From positions 1,536,001 through 1,600,000 of the forward strand of contig CAWCAG010000005.1 in assembly GCA_963793425.1 (NCBI GenBank): 64,000 bases of DNA. Direction: 5' to 3'. The DNA is from an uncultured cyanobacterium (lineage in GTDB: Bacteria; Cyanobacteriota; Cyanobacteriia; Cyanobacteriales; CAWCAG01). This document shows, in pieces, positions 60,386-64,000 of the stretch (positions are counted from its first letter, which is position 1; each line of letters begins with the position of its first letter). Under the pieces are notes generated by a model that worked only from the letters and a program-made list of their open reading frames with translations, searched no databases and was not told the origin of the DNA. The position numbers were made by a program, and so were the translations under genes.

Positions 60386-61786
60386 GTGCCAGCAAACAAG
60401 ATTTCGGGTAAAGCACCGAGAAGTACCCGTGCCAAGAAAACAACTCACTATGTTAAAAAAAAGCAACCTCCTAAAGCCCGTTGGTTGTGGATTTGGCTTG
60501 GTTTAACAGGGGTGGCGATGCTGTCAGCAACTGCTGGGGCGATTTTGGCAGTTTCGATTAATGCTACTCCTTTGTTACAAGCTGAATTAACTCCAGAGGA
60601 GGAAGCGATTTTTGGTAAAGGCGGCTCTATTTCTCGTAAGAGTTTGCGTTTGCCGGAGTTGACGCGGCCAGTTAATATCCTGCTGCTGGGTACTAAGGTA
60701 CTAACCTCAGATTTAGATGAACCTCCAGAAGAAGAAGGCTACCACGCTTTAGTTAATTCTTTTGATGGGCTATCAGATACCATGCTTTTGTTGAGGTTTG
60801 ACCCCAAGGAAGAAAACCTCACTTTATTATCAATTCCCCGCGACACCCGCGCTTATATTGAAGATCACGGTACAACAAAAATTAATGAAGCGAATTATTA
60901 TGGTGGTCCAGCTTTAGCAGCAAAATCTATTAGTGAACTGGTGGGGGGAGTAGAGATTGACCGCTATATCAGGGTCAACGTTCAAGGGGTAGAAAAGCTA
61001 ATTGATGCCTTGGGAGGGGTGACAGTTTATGTCCCCAAGGATATGAAGTATCAAGATGATAGCCAACACCTCTACATCAACCTTAAAAAAGGGAAACAGC
61101 ATTTAGATGGGGAAGAGGCGATGCAGTTTCTCCGCTTCCGCTACGATGAATATGGAGATATCGGTAGGGTACAAAGGCAACAAACCTTAATGCGGGCAAT
61201 TGTAGAACAAAGTCTTAATCCTGGGGTAATAGTTAGAGTCCCAAAGATTATTGAGGTAATTAAGTCTCACATTGATACTAATTTGAGTGTAGAAGAATTA
61301 GTGGCTTTAACCGGTTTCGCTTCGCAAACAGACCGTTCCAAGGTACAAATGATGATGTTACCTGGAGAGTTTAATGGTACAGGAAGAGAGGGAGTTAGTT
61401 ACTGGATTCCCCATGAAAATGAGATTAGAGATTTAGCGACTCAATATTTTGATCGTGATCGAGACAGAGATGAGGAAGAAAACGAAAAAGAAAATACGAC
61501 AGATCCTGCTAATATTACTGTAGCAATTCAAGATTCTACTGATAGCCCAAGAGCAGTAAGAAGACTAGTAGAAGAACTACAAGAATTAGGTTACAACGAT
61601 GTTTATATTGATAAAGATTGGCCAGAACCTTTAAAAGTGACTCGTATTATTGCTCAAAACGGTGATAATGCTGGGGCCGCAGTGGTTAAGGCTGATTTGG
61701 ATATAGGGGAGATCCGGGTGGAAAGTACAGGATCTTTACGTTCTGATGTGACAATTCAGTTAGGGAAAGATTGGTTGAAAAGGTAG
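60386..61786 (+). CDS. LytR-CpsA-Psr (LCP) family protein with LytR_C domain
   Basis: TM helix; NILLLG, SDTMLL, SIPRDT, KINEA, LRFRYD..GDIGRVQRQQ; ends DVTIQLGKDW. GTG 60386 with GAGGA Shine-Dalgarno preferred to the track start at 60284. Confidence 0.92.
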   Translation: MPANKISGKAPRSTRAKKTTHYVKKKQPPKARWLWIWLGLTGVAMLSATAGAILAVSINATPLLQAELTPEEEAIFGKGGSISRKSLRLPELTRPVNILLLGTKVLTSDLDEPPEEEGYHALVNSFDGLSDTMLLLRFDPKEENLTLLSIPRDTRAYIEDHGTTKINEANYYGGPALAAKSISELVGGVEIDRYIRVNVQGVEKLIDALGGVTVYVPKDMKYQDDSQHLYINLKKGKQHLDGEEAMQFLRFRYDEYGDIGRVQRQQTLMRAIVEQSLNPGVIVRVPKIIEVIKSHIDTNLSVEELVALTGFASQTDRSKVQMMMLPGEFNGTGREGVSYWIPHENEIRDLATQYFDRDRDRDEEENEKENTTDPANITVAIQDSTDSPRAVRRLVEELQELGYNDVYIDKDWPEPLKVTRIIAQNGDNAGAAVVKADLDIGEIRVESTGSLRSDVTIQLGKDWLKR

Positions 61787-61832
61787 GGAATGGCTAACTG
61801 CTAGTGGCTAACTGCTAATTACTCCGCTTTCT

Positions 61833-63125
61833 TTGTTAACCATGACTAAAAAAAAATGGTATGAGTGGCTTTGGCGATCGCTGCAACTAGGGGTACTAAT
61901 CTTCCCTTTAATTCCTGTTGTAGGAGTTGTGGCCATTGGGATTAGTTTGCTAGGTAGCTTATGGCATAATTTTCCCCAAATTAAATACAGTCGTCTCAAT
62001 TGGGGACTCATTGTCCTAACTTTAGGATTAATAGTTAGCTGTTGCTTAGCTAACCAACCCCTAGAAGCTTTCCTCGGTTTAGCTAATATAATTCCCTATT
62101 TCCTATTGTTAGCTGCCTGTAGTACTTTGATTAAAACCCCAGGCCGGTTGCGTCGTTTGGCTTGGTTGATGGTGATTCCCTCTTTGCCCGTCGGGATTTT
62201 AGGTTTAGGACAGTTATTCTTAGGTTGGTCTACCCCAGAACAATTCTCAGCTATAGTAGGTTGGACATTAGCCACTAAAGGCAATCCAACCGGGAGAATG
62301 GCTTCTGTATTTATGTACGCCAATATCCTAGCTATTTATCTTTTGATTGTTTTTAATCTTAGTTTGGGTTTGTGGATAGAAGCCTTTCAGGTTTGGTACA
62401 AAAGAAGGCAAGGGAGGCAGTTGTGGTTTTTAACTGTTGTATTAATTTTGAATGGAATCGCCATTATTCTGACCCATTCTCGTAACGCTTGGGGTATTGC
62501 GGGAATTAGTTTTTTGGCTTTTGCTATCTATCTTGGTTGGTGTTGGTTGGTTTTGGCCACAACAACCGCCGCAGTTATAGTAGCTTGGGCTTCTTGGTTG
62601 CCTGTTTGGGGACAAAGTTTTTTACGCCAAATTGTCCCTGTTTATGTCTGGGGAAGACTATCAGATCAAGTTATTACCAATCGTCCCTTACCCACCTTGA
62701 GGGCAACTCAATGGCAATTTGCTTGGGATTTAGCCCTAAAATGTCCTTGGAGTGGTTGGGGGCTACGTAACTTTACCCCTCTTTATGAAGCCCAAACTCA
62801 ACATTGGTTAGGACATCCCCACAACTTCTTTTTGATGTTAGCAGCAGAGACTGGTTTTCCGGTGACTATTTTGTTTTGTATTATAGTTGGCTATATTATG
62901 GCTAGAGCAGCTTCTTTATTAACAAAATATCATAAAAATAGTCTACGAACTCAAGATAGGTTGATTATTTTTACTTATTTAGTAACTTTTAGTAGCTGTG
63001 TTTTATTTAACCTATTTGATGTCAGTTTGTTTGATTTTAGAGCTAATACTTTTGTCTGGATTATATTAACTGCTTTATTAGGTATATCTAAAGATTCTTT
63101 TACTCAGAAAAAGTTTTATGGCTAA
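61833..63125 (+). CDS. O-antigen ligase (WaaL/IctB-like) membrane protein
   Basis: GRMASVFMYANILA, LTHSRNAW, GWGLRNF, HPHN; about 12 TM helices. ATG at 61842 is a likely start. Confidence 0.85.
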   Translation: MLTMTKKKWYEWLWRSLQLGVLIFPLIPVVGVVAIGISLLGSLWHNFPQIKYSRLNWGLIVLTLGLIVSCCLANQPLEAFLGLANIIPYFLLLAACSTLIKTPGRLRRLAWLMVIPSLPVGILGLGQLFLGWSTPEQFSAIVGWTLATKGNPTGRMASVFMYANILAIYLLIVFNLSLGLWIEAFQVWYKRRQGRQLWFLTVVLILNGIAIILTHSRNAWGIAGISFLAFAIYLGWCWLVLATTTAAVIVAWASWLPVWGQSFLRQIVPVYVWGRLSDQVITNRPLPTLRATQWQFAWDLALKCPWSGWGLRNFTPLYEAQTQHWLGHPHNFFLMLAAETGFPVTILFCIIVGYIMARAASLLTKYHKNSLRTQDRLIIFTYLVTFSSCVLFNLFDVSLFDFRANTFVWIILTALLGISKDSFTQKKFYG

Positions 63126-63594
63126 ACAAGAAATTAGCAATATTGATAACTTCCTACAAATATCAGATTCAGTCGCTACTAGCGGGCAACCGACACCAGA
63201 ACAAATTCAGGCCATTGGAGAAGCAAAATACCAAGTCGTAGTTAATCTTGCTTTAGCAACTTCTACAAATGCCCTCACTAACGAACAAGAAATTGTTGAA
63301 GCTATGGGTATGGAATATGGCCATATTCCTGTAATCTGGGAAAATCCTACTTTAGAGGATTTGCGCCGTTTCTTCGAGATTATGAGTAGCCGTAGCCATG
63401 AGAATGTTCTTGTTCATTGTGCTGCCAATATGAGAGTCTCCGCCTTTATGTATCTTTATCGCTTGATTGAGCAAGATATTAACGAAGTAGATGCTAAAAA
63501 AGACTTAGATAAAATTTGGCAGCCTAATCGGGTTTGGCAAGATTTTATAGAGGAAGCAATTACTCATAATGAGCAAATTTCTTTCTCTTCCTAA
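63118..63594 (+). CDS. Protein-tyrosine-phosphatase-like / sulfur-transferase (DUF442-like) protein
   Basis: TSGQP, VVNL, and C-x5-R motif HCAANMRVS. Confidence 0.82.
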   Translation: MAKQEISNIDNFLQISDSVATSGQPTPEQIQAIGEAKYQVVVNLALATSTNALTNEQEIVEAMGMEYGHIPVIWENPTLEDLRRFFEIMSSRSHENVLVHCAANMRVSAFMYLYRLIEQDINEVDAKKDLDKIWQPNRVWQDFIEEAITHNEQISFSS

Positions 63595-63603
63595 TTCACA
63601 AGT

Positions 63604-64000
63604 TTAAACCTTTGATTCATGGGACATATGCTTGAGCCAATTAAAGCGAGTTTGAGCTAATTCAGAATGTTCTAATGCTCTAGGATTAAGTTCATCTTTT
63701 CCGGCAAAAGATTTTTGCTCTTCTTGAGTTCTTTCTAGTTCAATGCCATAACCCAAACGCCTGACGGTTCCACGCATCCGATTTGCTAAACAAAGGGAAA
63801 TACCATGAAAAAATCGTGAAGCAAAACCTGTATCTTGTTCAAGTTTGGTTGTTAGTTGCAACCTGGGAATAGCAAGTATTTTAGAATCTTCTAATGCTTT
63901 AACAGTAGCAACAGGAGGACGAATATCCACGAAAGAAATTTCTCCTACCACTTCTCCACTAGATATTTTAGCTAGTTCCCGGTCACCTAAAGATTGAATA
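63604..64000 (-). CDS. Cyclic-nucleotide-binding domain protein (5' end beyond the window)
   Basis: Frame stays open to the window edge: ..RELAKISSGEVVGEISFVDIRPPVATVKA. Confidence 0.82.
   Translation of the reverse strand, partial: IQSLGDRELAKISSGEVVGEISFVDIRPPVATVKALEDSKILAIPRLQLTTKLEQDTGFASRFFHGISLCLANRMRGTVRRLGYGIELERTQEEQKSFAGKDELNPRALEHSELAQTRFNWLKHMSHESKV

Overview
AT-rich cyanobacterial chromosomal segment, mostly core genome. Evidence for the taxon: apcE, cphAB, the cyanobacterial atp operon with both b and b', and roughly 30 HIP1 GCGATCGC octamers by eye. It carries about 60 CDS: MscS, an SLH-porin, an HDAC-family protein, a Rad50/DndD-like CxC ATPase, an RRM protein, cphA/cphB, trmD, two Ser/Thr kinases, an FHA-domain class A PBP, a PEP-CTERM protein, a cellulose-synthase-like GT2, hpsL/N/O-like genes, the atp1-a-c-b'-b-delta-alpha-gamma operon, apcE, nanE, a HerA-like ATPase, Uma2, proB, mobA and an LCP protein. 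It also has tmRNA (ssrA), several intrinsic terminators, heptamer tandem repeats (STRR-like) and short dispersed repeats. I saw no CRISPR array, transposase, integrase, rRNA or tRNA. Three items are missing from the ORF track: a 58-aa ORF translationally coupled to the CxC ATPase, a 59-aa ORF at 46219-46398, and an internally deleted glucoamylase relic at 47808-48106. Best candidates for undescribed biology: a SLOG + pentapeptide + receiver fusion protein, the orphan small-protein/CxC-ATPase module, a kinase/FHA-PBP divergent pair, and Yfr1-type sRNA target sites on envelope genes. All family calls come from motif recognition by eye; no database searches were run.
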